Positions 39,101 through 52,412 of a stretch of 64,000 nucleotides of DNA are shown piece by piece. Origin of the DNA: Epiperipatus broadwayi (taxonomy: Eukaryota > Animalia > Onychophora); NCBI GenBank assembly GCA_028023455.1, contig JAQFVV010000009.1, positions 3,782,001 to 3,846,000 on the forward strand, given 5' to 3'. Numbering within the stretch: the first letter of the stretch is position 1; each line of letters starts with the position of its first letter. The notes below the pieces were generated by a model. The model worked only from the letters and a program-made list of their open reading frames with translations. It did no database searches and was not told where the DNA came from. Position numbers and translations under genes: made by a program.

Positions 39101-40753
39101 GCTTTTCAAATTAAGTCACATGATGTATGAATTTTATTTTATTTACTATAAGAAGGATTTAGTTATTTTAAAGATAATAATAAATCGTGCTTTCACACTT
39201 CCAACGTAAAGATTTAAAAATTAGGTTTAAAAAATGAAAAGTGTCTCTAAAGATATTCAAAAATCATTAATGTGTGTGTATAATGTGATGTGAATGTAAC
39301 TATATAAATTGTTTAATAAGTTGATTTCATTGTGATTAAAAATTCATAGGCAGTTTTCCCTATTTACTTTGTTTGCTTTATATATGCATCTGAAATTAAG
39401 GATTAGTTCATATATGTGTATGCATTGTATATAGTGATCCTATAGGAATTTATCTGCCATACTTAAATTTTTTGTATGTTTACTTGCATCTTCTGATCTA
39501 TATTATTCTTACTTGGAGTACTCACAGATGATTTTGATTTATTTCAGGTAGAGACATTCTGCCCATGAATTAGATTTTGCTTTGTATGATGGGTGGTTAG
39601 AGGATAATTATTGCTGTTTTACCTTTAAAGTGCATGGGATCAAATGCATAATATATAGGTGTGAATTTTGTAATGGCTTGTGCAGTGTGAACATTTATAA
39701 TGAATTTAAACTGCTTTGTTATTGATTGTTCTTTTAATGCAAAAGTGAAATACATATGTGCACACATCTTATTTTAGAACACATATATAAGAGAATCAAC
39801 TAATTCATGGAGTAACATTCTTCAGAGATCATATAATATTATAATGTAAAGTTTTATGAATATTAATATTTAAAACTGCCAGATATCAAATGCACTATGT
39901 GACATAATAAAAGGGCAGTTGCCATTGAAATACATTGGTACTTGAACTGTATTACATTGTACTATAAATACATTTTGTTTTGTTTATTGTTAGATCTGTT
40001 TGCTCTGCCAATTGATATTTCAAAAGAATCTCTATTCTCCCATGAACTAGAAGCAATTTTAAATGTCTATGAGTAATGATGCAGCTGTATAGGCATTTAC
40101 ACTTGGTATCCTCCCAGTAAACTCTCACATTTTAGGTTATAAGTCTAGATATAGTGTTCTATATTGGTGTTCCTACAATCCATTGCAATATATATTCTTC
40201 ACAACCATTTCTAATAATTGCCACTTGCCTTTCTCCATTATATCTTCACTATATATTCTTTACTAACTTAATTTTTCAATCTCAAACTAATAAAATACAA
40301 CTTTAATTTATTTCCATTTCTGATTCTATGTCAAAATGGTGTTATATATAGCTTTAACTTTCCCAAATAATTTTTTTTAATCATAAATAATTTCACAACT
40401 TAATTTATTAATCATCATCATTGGCTTCATAAATTACTAATATTGTATTTTCTATTAATTCATGGTTATTCAGAGTTTCTAATTCTTTAATCTTTATATT
40501 AAGAAGTTCTTTCCTGATAATTTTATTATAGGCTGTAATGTTTATATATTGACTGCTTCCAGCAGTTAAAATAAAATCTCCATAAACTATTAAAACTAAC
40601 TTTCTCATATAAATCATATTATAGCAGATTGTTCCTATGAATAATTACTGAATTAAATTCAGATTATAATAACATAGCTAAAGATTTGATAATTCTTAGG
40701 GAGAAAAAATCAAATATCACAACTTAGAGATGAGAAGAATTTTTATTACTAAG

Positions 40754-40935
40754 CATCACATGACCAATGCCACCTCATACCAACCAGAGTAATCCCTAGA
40801 TAGTAAGCATTAGATAGGGATTTTATGCACAAATCTTCTGGCATCCATTGATTACCCTGGTTGGCACAGGATGGCACTACTGTATGGAGAGTTTTGTCTT
40901 GTTTAATAAGAATTTTTATTACATGGATCATGCAA
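40754..40935 (+). mobile_element. Family-2 3' fragment with a short inverted terminus
   Basis: TAGATAGGGATTTTATGCACAAA...GGCACTACTGTATGGAGAGTTTTGTC, preceded by CATCACATGA. Confidence 0.75.
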
Positions 40936-42250
40936 ACTTATTTCTTTCTTTTTAATTTACCATCTTATTTTCAACATTATATGTTCATGAAAGCATCATA
41001 AGGTGAGAATACTATAATCACCTACAATACAATAACTGAGATTTAAACTCTAAAGTAATTCTGAAAATTTTTCAACAGACTTAGATAGTTTTTAAGTACC
41101 ACAACAAACAAGATATCTAGCCCATATTGGTTGATAAAGGGGTATCTATATATTTTTACTAGAGAATAAAGCAAGGATGTAAAACTGTGTAAATTTTTTC
41201 AACTTTGGCAATTGGCAATCTTATTGAATACTTGTCTGTTGTTAGCATATTTCTATAAGGGGCTCCTGGAAATATCTTTGCCCAAAAGAGAACTATTTAA
41301 AGACTGCTTTGTTCATATAATATAACGTTTATTTAAATAATAATATATTATGATTGTTATATTTTTTGCTTTAAAAATGTTTTTTTATATTAGTTCTGTA
41401 TTCATATTTTATTGTTATAAATATATTTATTCTTTTTTTTTTAATTTCCAAAAAAATTAGTTTCTATATTTATATTTTGTAGAGGATATTATCAAAAAAC
41501 TGTAGGTTGTACCTTGAGGTAGAATTGTTAGGTGATTCAATATTTAAGCACAAAAATTTGTCCATCATTTACAAGCAGATAAAAAAAATCCCTTTGTTTA
41601 GACATGAAGCTAAGAGCTATATTAACCATGGGTATAATATAATCAATAGTCTTGCTACTAGTTAAATCTTCCATATGGAAAAGTCTTACAGACATTATGT
41701 AATTAGTCATGTAAGACAATTTTGATAAAGTACAATAAAGAAATTCAATACAATTATTTTTAAGACCGAATATATGCAATGTTTTTAATAGTAATATGTA
41801 AAAAGCAGATAAATACAATTTCTTTCATATAATCTATCATGGTAAAACAATGAGCTAAGACCTAGTGAAAAGTAGATGTGATAACTTCCTTTTTAAATGA
41901 ACATCAATTATATGTACAAAGATTGTTTACAGATGTGACCATGGATATACATGATATAATAAAAAGCTGTAATTAACTTTAAAAAATTTAATATATTAAA
42001 CTTAATATTTATAAATAAACATTAGAGATAATTAGTTTACAATATGGTTGCCATCGTGCTGGAGGTAACAGAATGAAAAGATATTAATAGTTAATTTTTA
42101 TCTATTTATAAATGTTATGTTTAGTATATTAAATTTCATAAACTTGACTCCAGTTTTCTTTCTTTTTGTTATATATTACCTCTATTCATTGATAATTTTT
42201 TGTTTAAATAAATACAATCTTTATTATAATTTTAAAATAATTAGCTTTGA

Positions 42251-42460
42251 TTGTATATATGTGTGGAGATAATAATCTGGACCAATTGACAAGTGCTGGT
42301 TTAGCACAAAATAAGTACATTGGTGATCATTTATCTTTTCGACGTGTGTGTAATCAAGTGTATCAGTGGTATGAGATAGCATGTATGGTTAAAGATCGTG
42401 TGAAAGTCTGAGTTCAAACCCTCTATATATTACATATATAAGTGCAGGTATGAAAAAGCC
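42251..42460 (+). mobile_element. Family-1 3' fragment with decayed hammerhead (copy G)
   Basis: ACCAA-TTGACAA-GTGCTGGTTTAGCAC-AAAA-TAAGTA-CA-TTGGT; homologous to 5480-5690. Confidence 0.8.
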
Positions 42461-42880
42461 TGTTCTGTAGGAAAAAATTCATATTTAAAAGTTTATAACT
42501 GTAGGTATAAATACTTGGTAAATTTAAAGCAAATTTATATGGAAAAAAAATAACTAAAAACATATACATAAACTTAATCTCATAAAAAAATACTCAAATG
42601 TCTTCATTGCTTAGGAGTTCAAACAAAACTTGGTGTCAGAACTAGAACTAGAGCTTACACTTTACTACTGCACTAAACCCATGTGAATCACTTATATATA
42701 ATATATCCATATTTAGCATTACATAAATGATAATAAAATATATTTTTGTTATTATGATACTAAGGTGACTTTCAAAAAGTTGCATTTATTCTAAATGTCG
42801 GAATTACTTGTACGCCAGTTACAAAATAAAAAAAATACTCAAAGTAATCATTTTTAAATTGGAAGAATGGGTGAATTAAA

Positions 42881-42921
42881 CATCACATGATCACCATTTC
42901 TTATGCTTGATTATAACTGTT
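42881..42921 (-). repeat. Family-2 extreme 3'-end fragment
   Basis: CATCACATGATCACCATTTCTTATGCTT matches 3718 and 30698. Confidence 0.7.
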
Positions 42922-44461
42922 ATGATTACTCTAGCTTGTAGTGTGTGGCAATACATATAATGAGTTTTGCCTGTTTTAGTGAAAGTGAATTAACATAAAA
43001 GTAATTTACCATTGTCATATTTCTTGTTTTTGGTGTAGTTTAGTGCAGAGGCAGAGTGTTGCACTTTAAGCAAAAGAATTTTGAATGAAACTCTATCTAT
43101 AACTTGCAATGCTCAATCATTACATGATTTCCAGAAGCGATTAATCACCCAATATTTTTTTTAATATGAAAATAATGAAATAATTTATTTCTCAGGAATT
43201 CTTAAGAAGTACAACACTGGAAGTGTCAGCCGGTGGTAGAATTCATGGATCTTGACATCTGGGGTCTGCCATTTTGCCACATTATTAAGCTATGCAAGGC
43301 AGAACCATTCAATTATTTGTTTTTATGTTTGTTCTTTTACGAATTATTTTTATTTTGATTCATATTATTTTAACTATATATCACTTCACATACTTGTGAA
43401 TTTAAAAGTACCACTGTAAATAAGACATTGCGCTTAATAAGAATTAATATTTATAAATATTTTATGTTGACTTTTGAATGTTGACAAAACAAATGAAATA
43501 CTGTAATTCAATCTTATGATCTATTTTTATTCTGAAAGCTATATTTATTTCTCTTTTGAATTTATATTGTTAGTTAATAACACTCATTATTTAAAGGTTG
43601 GCATAAAAAGTAAGCAGTATTTTTTAAATCTCGTTCACTAAATACGATGTTTGCTTTACTGTACAAATAAATACTTTATTTTTCTTAGTCTTATGCTATT
43701 AGCAACATTCATTTCACATTCCGAAAAAGTCAAACTTAGTAACAGAATAAATAAGACATGCATATAAATTGTATTATTGCTGCTCAGCATTTAAAACAGA
43801 GAATGATCTTATGGAAAGCTGATACTTAACAATTAAAAATATTTAGCTCTAGTAATAATTATAATTAAAAGAATCGGGAATAGCTGAAAGAGCGGAATTA
43901 AACTGACAGTATAAATAGTACTTTTAAATGCATAAGAATAGTAAAAAAAAAAAAAAGTCTGTTAAGTAACGTCACTAACATAATATTTATGTATTCCTAT
44001 ATATATACAGCAACCCCTTGCATATTCTGTATTTGATTCTAAACTTTTCCATAGATACCTGAAACAATAAATAAGTTTTATATAATATACATGGCCAACA
44101 TATAAACGTACATCTAGTGATACAGCTTAATTTAAAATCATATGCATTAAGTCATTAGCTAAAACAAAAAATGGAACAATACAGTTATAAAAAGTCTATG
44201 CAGTAATAAATTCATCGGGGGGGGGGGGGAGAACATGCATAAGTAACTAACATTTCATCACGGAGGTCATGCTTACTGGGACATACATATAATTTAGTCA
44301 TATTTACAAATTTATTTTATTATCAAATACTTTTTCAAATTTTAGGTTATTAAAACGTGGATAATGAGGGGATTCAGAATATATTATATATATCATTTAT
44401 GATAAAAGTTTGAAGTCTTGCACAGTTATGTTATACTTTATCCAAAATGATTGTCATTTTT

Positions 44462-44560
44462 TTTCATATGTCAAAGCATCGGCCGGGAAGCAAACCCGCG
44501 AACCAGGGACAACTGCCTGTAAGGCAGCTGTGCTGACCACTCGAACCACCAATGCTTGAC
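44462..44560 (-). mobile_element. tRNA-Gly-derived short SINE, second copy
   Basis: The reverse complement aligns with 36590-36680. Perfect 16-bp TSD AATGATTGTCATTTTT at 44446-44461 and 44561-44576. Confidence 0.9.
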
Positions 44561-46740
44561 AATGATTGTCATTTTTAGAAGATCTAATTTGAAAAATCTG
44601 ATTTTAAAAAGTACTGATCCATTTCCAACTTATCTTCAAATTAGTTCATTTCATTTGCAAATTAATGTCTACCATCAGTTTAAATGTAAATTTTGGATCA
44701 AATTTTGGTAAAGTCCAAAAAACATTGCGAATACAAATTTTGATTTTATTACAAAAAAAGAAGAGGAAACGTAAAAAAATGGCTAACAAATTTAGTATAA
44801 ATAGACTACCATTAATCTGAATACCTTGGTGCAAAAACTTCTATAATCCAGGTAAAATTATAAAATATTCTTTGGATGTTTATTGTTTTAATTATAGCTG
44901 TGTTTACATAAATATAGTTTTTTTTCTAGATTTTAATGTGATATATTGTTATTAATAAAATAATTTATACAGTATATAAATACATACATATGTATAAATG
45001 CTACTCAGGATAGTGTACATGCTGTATGGTTTTAGATATTATTTATTTTTTTATATTGTATACTGAATATTGTAGAGTTTATTCCAGAGTTTTTTTGTTT
45101 ATACATATAAATTATAGTTAGTAAATTTAAGATTTATTGTTGAAATACAAAAAAACCTTACAAATCCAAAAAAAGTCCTGCAACCAAGAATTTCAGATTA
45201 ATAGTAGTCTAGCTATATTACAAGTGATCTACCATTACTTATTCTGATTTTCTTTTAAAATGAGCAAATTATGAGTAAACCTTCTAATTTTTATGACTAC
45301 CAGATATTATTATTTTAGTTTGTTTATTATGACTTATTTAAATAATATTTTTCTTATTTAATCTTGAAAACGCACACACACATTAACATAATGATAACAA
45401 TACTATGCTTAGTGCAGTGAATAAGCTAAAATATGCGCATTTAAAAACACTGTTCAATAGATACCACTTTTATTGGGATTTTTTTTTTTTTAAGTTTCCC
45501 GTTGCTCAGCTTTTCCCTAAAAAATAGCAATTGAATACTTTAATTTATAATTTGATCTTACTATAAGAAAATAATATTTCTGAAAAAAGAGAGAGAGAGA
45601 AGATTAAAAAAAAAAATCACTAAATAAGTTGATATACATTTTCTCACTAGAAAGTGAAGGGAAGAATTAAATTGTAATTTATTTATTTTTGTATTTCTGT
45701 ACAAAATTGTTGGATTGATATAAAATTTTTAATACACAGAATATATTATATATTCAACATATATCAAAATATAGTTATGATTATTAATATTTAAAGATGT
45801 TTGTTTAAGTCTCCAGCAAAAACACAGGAAAATATGCTTAACAATACATAATAATAATTAACGTTACCTTTATTTTAATCCAATAAAATTATTAATCCTT
45901 TAAAGACTAAAGATATTAGTGCTGCATTAGTGATCTTACATCAATATAATTAAAAATATTAATTTTATATTTGCAAAAAACCATTTAAGTTTAGTGCTAA
46001 TATATGACCCTATCAGCTTTAATGATAAAGATCAGCAAACTTTTTAACATGAGCTATTTTGTTTGTAACTCTCTTCCTTCTCTCATTAAAGAGCTGCAAG
46101 AAAAATTGTGAAAAATATCTCTTGAAAAATATAAATTTCTGAATGACTGTGGATATATTTGAACATTTTTTTAGTAATACAATTGGTATACATCCTAAGG
46201 AAAATTAAAAATAAATAAATAAAAACAAAAAATTAAGGTCAAATTCAAGAAACAATTTTGTAATGCATATTTTTCCTACCCTAGCATCATCAAAATATTC
46301 ATTTACAAATTACAAGAGGAAATAAAAAATGTATTAATGTTTATCATGATAAAAAAAAGTCATGAGATCAGATTCAAAGAACCACGTTTCACTTGTGAGC
46401 CATAGTTTGCTGACTCCAGGACTACTTTGTACCCATGGCGTGAAAGAAAAACTAATGGATAAAAATAAAATGTCTATATTTATTTTTGAATTCATGACCA
46501 TGAGAATATATTAAATAAAATCAATATTTCACAATAAAAAATATTTTATTTACCAAAGCATTATCAATTTGTTTGTTTTGTTTTTTTTAACTATTTCAAT
46601 GACAAATCAAATGTATACATAAATGCAAACCTATAATAAATGATGTTCTTATTTATTGTTGAATTTGCAATGAATGTATATTAAATATTGCTTACTTTTA
46701 ATTTATGCACATTTTGTTTTCTTTCTTCTATTTAATACAC

Positions 46741-47000
46741 ATTTTTATTGCAAAATATATTATTTTCTTTATTTTATTTAATCAATATTTGTAGCTATAA
46801 TTTCAACAACAAACCTGGACATTTCTTATGGGTGTTATATCCTCATACATTTCAAACATCATTGATGTATTTTATTTTATTTTTTTGCCAAATAATTGAT
46901 ATTGTCTTGGAAAATAAATTATTTTTATTGCAAAATATATTATTTTGTGATTTTATTTAATGTAGTCATCAAGTCAATAATAAGTGTGGACATTTTATTT
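46741..47000. repeat. Degenerate direct repeat with a 180-bp offset
   Basis: ATTTTTATTGCAAAATATATTATTTT at 46741 and 46921. Confidence 0.7.
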
Positions 47001-47617
47001 TTTAATAATTAATTTTTCTACTGCTCTATAATAAGTACAATATAGCTTCATCAAGCAGATAATCCATATACTATAAAAGTTTTTAACAAAAGTGCATTAT
47101 CTGTTTAAATTTATGGATGAAAAGAATGAAGTGTGTACTATAAATGTGAAAAATAATGAAGAATTGATTTTGTAGAAATAACAAACAGAAATAGAAAAAT
47201 TGAATTCATTCAAACACAAATTATAATTTATAATGTTACTTCAAGAATTCGAAAAGTCAAGAAAAAGATGGAGTGGATATACAGTAAAAAAAAAAAATAA
47301 TAATCAATTCAGTATCAAAAAATAAAACAGCATCTACAAACTATTTAATATGAAGGTTTGCAAAAAATATCTTGGAAACATTTGTGAAATATTGAAAAAG
47401 CCTTTATCCTCAATAGGCTGCTTTTGTTGATATATATATATATGTATCATGGCATTTAACATGAAATTTTTCACCATCTAGATATTAAAGTTTCAAATTT
47501 TACAATAGGTGTCACTATATTTAATTTTGTATGTGTGTGTATATATATGAGTAAATGATAAAATAAATTTATATAAAAATTCAGTAAGAGATATTAGCAA
47601 ATATTGATTTTCTGTAT

Positions 47618-47911
47618 CAGTGGATCTTAACCTGTAATCCATCGCCCCCCAAGAGCTAATGATCTAACAGGAAGTCTGTGAAGAGTTACAAAATGCTATG
47701 ATCTTCTACACTAAAAAAAAAAAAAGAAGAAAAATGAATAAAAAATAGAAAAAAATTAAAAAACCTTATTTTGATTGCCCCATTACTAACTTTAATACCG
47801 TGCAAACCCAGAATCATATCATTACCACGTAGTAAAATAGATTGAATGTTCTAAGCGATTTTGTGGAGCAGTAAAATGACAGATTCTTAAGTTCAAGGTT
47901 ATGGATTATTG
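47618..47911. mobile_element. Possible decayed hAT (MER5-like) MITE
   Basis: Left CAGTGGATCTTAACCT versus right AGGTTATGGATTATTG. The TSD match is weak (4/8). Confidence 0.3.
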
Positions 47912-48686
47912 TTCCAGCTGTTTCACTTCCAATGCTCAAAATTTATTATGAATTTCTCAACAATAAACCATGATTATTATTTTTATTTTAAATAAACTGA
48001 AAAGAGAATACCATTTATACATAAATAAAATAAAGTGACAATTACAGAATCATTTTAAAAATAAAAATAATAAAATAGAATGATGATAAGATATCTTAGA
48101 AATTAATCTGAAAATGGTTATGAGTTATTTGTAAGATATATTATTACTATTATACTTTATTATTTTATTTATATATGGAAATAATACAATGCTATTTTTA
48201 TTTCATTATTATGTGTATCATTAACAAATAATAAGTGCCTCAACAATAATTGATTGTTCATATTTTTTAGTTAACCAATGATAAAACTGAAGTTTATCAT
48301 TAGTAACACTAATCTAACAGATGAGATGTTATATTGCCAAACTATGCAAAGCTGTGGTTACTAGATTGTATAACCAAGCTGGAAAATAATTTGGATACCT
48401 GATTATAATGGATTAGAATACACCTTGGCATCTGGTTGTAGAAAAGTCAACAATAGTTTTTATTACCAGCAATAATAAACCTTAGCAGTAATGATAAGGT
48501 AAAATCATTTAACAAATGCAAATATAATTCCTTTTTTTTTGGTTCTGAATTTAATAACAGGGATACAGATTACAATAAAAGTTGTAGAAATTCCTAGCTG
48601 AAACTTAATTGGTTCTGCATATTTATTCAAGATAAAGCATTGTTCAGTAAAAGATTGAAAATTCTAGTTCTTGTACTTTGATACAG

Positions 48687-49278
48687 TTTTATTTACCATT
48701 GTCAAACTTACTCAACTCACAACTTTGACACTATCCACCTCAGATAAATACAATAACGATTATGACTAATCATTTTCTAAACTAGAGATGATCTCTAGCA
48801 CAGATATAAACTTTAAACCTCAATTAAAAATTAATATATATGATTTTTTTAATTTTAAACATACACATACATAAAGATATTTACCTTTCTCTTTACCATG
48901 TGTAATATTTTTATAAATATATTAAACAACCTTCATACTTCCCCATTCTTTTTAAATTCATATAAATAAAGATACAATAAAAGACAAATGACCCCCAAGA
49001 TGTATTTCGTGCTGAACCAGCACTCATCAGTTGACCCAGATCACTATCTCCCATATATATCTATTATATGAAGAATATTTATCTGTAGTAAATTGTTACA
49101 TTTTTATTTACCATTGTCAAACTCACTCCACTCACAACTTTGACACCATCCACCTCAGATGAATACAATAATGATAATTACTAATCATTTTCTAAACTAG
49201 AGATTATCTCTAGCACAGATGTAAACTTTAAACTCAGTTAAATATTAATATATCTCTGATATTTTAAATTTTAAACAT
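48687..49278. repeat. Direct repeat pair of ~176 bp (48687-48862 and 49101-49278)
   Basis: TTTTATTTACCATTGTCAAACT...TTTTAAACAT is repeated ~415 bp apart with high identity. Confidence 0.92.
48985..49050 (-). ncRNA. Hammerhead, family 1, copy H (canonical core and stem II; stem III shortened)
   Basis: Minus strand: GTCAA-CTGATGA-GTGCTG-GTT-CAGCAC-GAAA-TACA-TC/TTGG, with distal stem I AGTGATC/GGTCATT. Confidence 0.85.
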
Positions 49279-49399
49279 TAAAATAAATGCTTCATTTGAT
49301 AACAAGTTGACAGATTACAATTTACACACACACACACACATATAAATGTTATATATAGAGCTCGCAAATAAGCTCTTAACAAGCTTTGCAGAATATTGC

Positions 49400-49445
49400 C
49401 AAACCCAAACTTATTTCTGCTACTGGCTTCCTCAGTGAGGTGCTA
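49400..49445 (-). ncRNA. Hammerhead-like motif resembling family 2
   Basis: Minus strand: CCTCA-CTGAGGA-AGCCAGTAGCA-GAAA-TAAG-TT/TGGG. Core intact; stem II weak. Confidence 0.45.
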
Positions 49446-50785
49446 GATATTCAAGTATTAGATTATTTGTGAGGTCTATATGTAATATTTGTAATACAAG
49501 CTTGTTAAATTAGGTCATGTGGTATATGACTAAGCACAAAAAGTGATGGATAGATAGATAAAGAGATAGATAAATAGATAATAATGACAGGAAGATGGGT
49601 GTAGTGATATATAATAGATAGATAGATAAATAAGTAAGAAGGTAGCCAAAAAATAGACATTTTCAGCATTATTAGTAATTATATGCTTAACTATTTCCAT
49701 CATCTATAGAACAGGGTTACCAACCTTTCAGACCTCACAGACTACTAAATTCAAAATTTTAAACTCCATGGACTATTAATTTGATTTTTTTAAATAAAAA
49801 AAACATTTGTAAAATAATGATCAGAGAACTTCCATTTTATTAACATGAAATGCATCTATTTAATATAACAACATTATAAATGCTTATTTAATTGTGCAAC
49901 ATTATAAACACTTATTTAATCATAACAAAATCTTTAAAGGTGGTTTAATTGTAATAAAATTATTAAACTCTCAGAAAACCCAACTTAAAGCAGCAATGAA
50001 CCCAGTAGCACACTCAGGTTCTTGAATAAATCCAAATTTCAAGTACTTCAAATCATATTTTCTTTGCCTCCAATTCAAATGTTCTTTCTAAAAGTGCCTG
50101 ATGAGGACTGTGGATATTTTGATTCATTGATCAGCTCATGGTTAAGTGAAGTACACATATTACTATTGTTACTACTATCATTAGTTACATTATCTTTATA
50201 TTACTAAAGAAATGTAAAATATTCCTTTATTTTTTTCAATCATTATGGGTTTATTTCATTCAAATCTAAACCCAAACAAGAAACAATAGTTATCAAAGTC
50301 AAACTATTTGATGTCATTAAATATAAGAGTTAAAGAAAATACACAGTTAATGTCACATTTACTTAAAAAAAGCATCTGAGAAATAAACAAATAAAACAAA
50401 TTGAGAATATTTTTTTTGTGGAGCAGAGTGATTGTTGTAAGGGTCATAACAATACTGAAGCCATTTCAATATTATTGTGCCTTTCTTGTTTCCTTCTCCT
50501 CTAGTACATTTTGTAAATTTAGTGCAGTATATAGAAGAAAATTGTCATTCAGAATATAAGAATTTTTTTGGAATATTATTTTTGTTTATTATTAATAAAA
50601 CATAAAAAATGCAAATATCCAGATTTATCTGAAGACGACCAAAATTTTCTTGCCAGTTAGTAACCACTGATCTAGAATTAATGGTTAAATATCTTTAAAA
50701 AAATTTAAACTTTATTTAAACTTTTTAAATACAATCAACTGCTACTAATATCATACAGGTTAGTATATAATACAATTAAAATAGG

Positions 50786-50894
50786 CAAAACTCTCCATAC
50801 AGTAGTGCTGGTTGGCACGATGGCACTACTGTATGGAGAGTTTTGTCTGTTTTAATAACAGTTATGTGCTAGCATAAGAAATAGTGATCATGTA
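50786..50894. mobile_element. Family-2 3' end with a perfect 23-bp inverted copy
   Basis: CAAAACTCTCCATACAGTAGTGC (50786-50808), a 14-nt loop, then GCACTACTGTATGGAGAGTTTTG (50823-50845). Confidence 0.85.
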
Positions 50895-51099
50895 ATATAA
50901 TACAATGTTTTCAGTGACATTCTCTCTTCTTTAGGCAATTCTGACCTGACAACACTAGCATGGGATTCAAACCTGGTATTTTTAGATTCATGAATAGTGA
51001 ATTTAAGATGATGAGTTAACTAATTACACTATCATGTCAAAGCAACAGTCAGTAAATATACTTTATCTACAATACTCTCTTGATTTATTCATTTTTTTC

Positions 51100-51490
51100 C
51101 TCTTAAGAGCAAGGTCATTCCAATCATTATGAAATTGTTACATGGGTTAACGGGATCATTTACTACTATCATGTGAGTTAATTTAAATTTTCTTCTTTTT
51201 ACTATTTTCTCTTTGCTCTATATTTTTGCCTTTTTCCAGTTTCATTAATATATGTGTCATCTGTTCTTACCTCTTTAACCATTATTTATACTCTTTTAAT
51301 CATTTTCAATGATTGATTGCTCTGATTTTACCAATACACATCCTACCACATTTACATAATATTTCATAAATGCAGTTTTTGTTTTTCAGTATTGCCAATT
51401 TCAATTTTATAGGAATTAGAATTTCTTTTAATGTGCTGTTACACTGAAACGCTATTCAGATATTGCACCAATTATATACAGTGCATTTAA
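51100..51490 (-). pseudogene. PLE linker and GIY-YIG relic (Penelope/Poseidon-like)
   Basis: Minus strand: LYIIGAISE...STLKEIL...KNKNCIYEILCKCGRMCIGKIRAINH*K*LKEYK, resembling NCVYxIPCxCGxxYIGET...RxKEHK. Confidence 0.7.
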
Positions 51491-52328
51491 GTGTCTATAA
51501 TTGTTTTGTTCTTTGGTATTTATTTGTGTTATCTGTTTTTCTTAATGTTAGTGAATGGGTAAACATTTTTCATGAAAGTTTGTTCTATGTAAGACTTTTC
51601 TTCTACAAATCATTGGTTTTTTAATATTTCATTTTACATTTTCAATTATTTTATTGGTCTTTTTGGTCAACTCTTTTATTCCAATCTGACTTTATTATAA
51701 TTGTTTGGATTGACTACTTTATTTGTTTGGACATATGCTCAATGGGTTCATTCACTTATTTGGACATATTTTTTCAATTGTTTTTGACTGATTTGTTAGA
51801 TTTTTTTTCTTTTTTTTTTCTATGATACTAAATTGTTCATTATCTTTGCTATTGGAGATTCTGACTTCTTTTCAGTTTGCATTTCTTGAACATTAGTTCT
51901 GAGATTTCTATCCTTTCATTCATTTGTATCTCTTCAGTTTCAATTTCTCCAGATCTTATCTTTTGCTTTTGTCCCTAATTCTTATATATGTTATTTTTAC
52001 TTTTTATGCATTTTTATAATTTAATGATGCATCTCCCATTACTTATATCATGTTGCTTTCTTTGTACACCTTGGTTAAACTATTGCCATTTTTAATCCAG
52101 AGGACTGTTATTGCTTGCTGTAATTTAATTTCATCTTAATTAACCTATCCTACTGTATTTTTATTTCTGCTAATCAACTTGATTACTGCTCATGCTCTAT
52201 TCTTGCATTTCATTTTGTATATGTTTATTTTTATAAATTTATTTTTCTATGCCAACATTATCCTTTCAATTTTAAGATTCATATATAATCAGCCTCAAAG
52301 GCTTGATCTTAATTGATCTTGCATTGGA

Positions 52329-52331
<3 letters not shown>

Positions 52332-52409
<78 letters not shown>
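52332..52409. repeat. (AT)39 microsatellite
   Basis: Pure dinucleotide run. Confidence 0.97.

Positions 52410-52412
<3 letters not shown>

Noticed and set aside
50090-50150. CTGATGAGGAC as a hammerhead, or a micro-exon PDEDCGYFDS
   Set aside because: No complementary GTCC-GAAA follows, and the exon has no independent support.
51850-52120. LINE endonuclease or PLE RT fragment (VMGD..., MNER...)
   Set aside because: Compatible with two different origins and too decayed to call.
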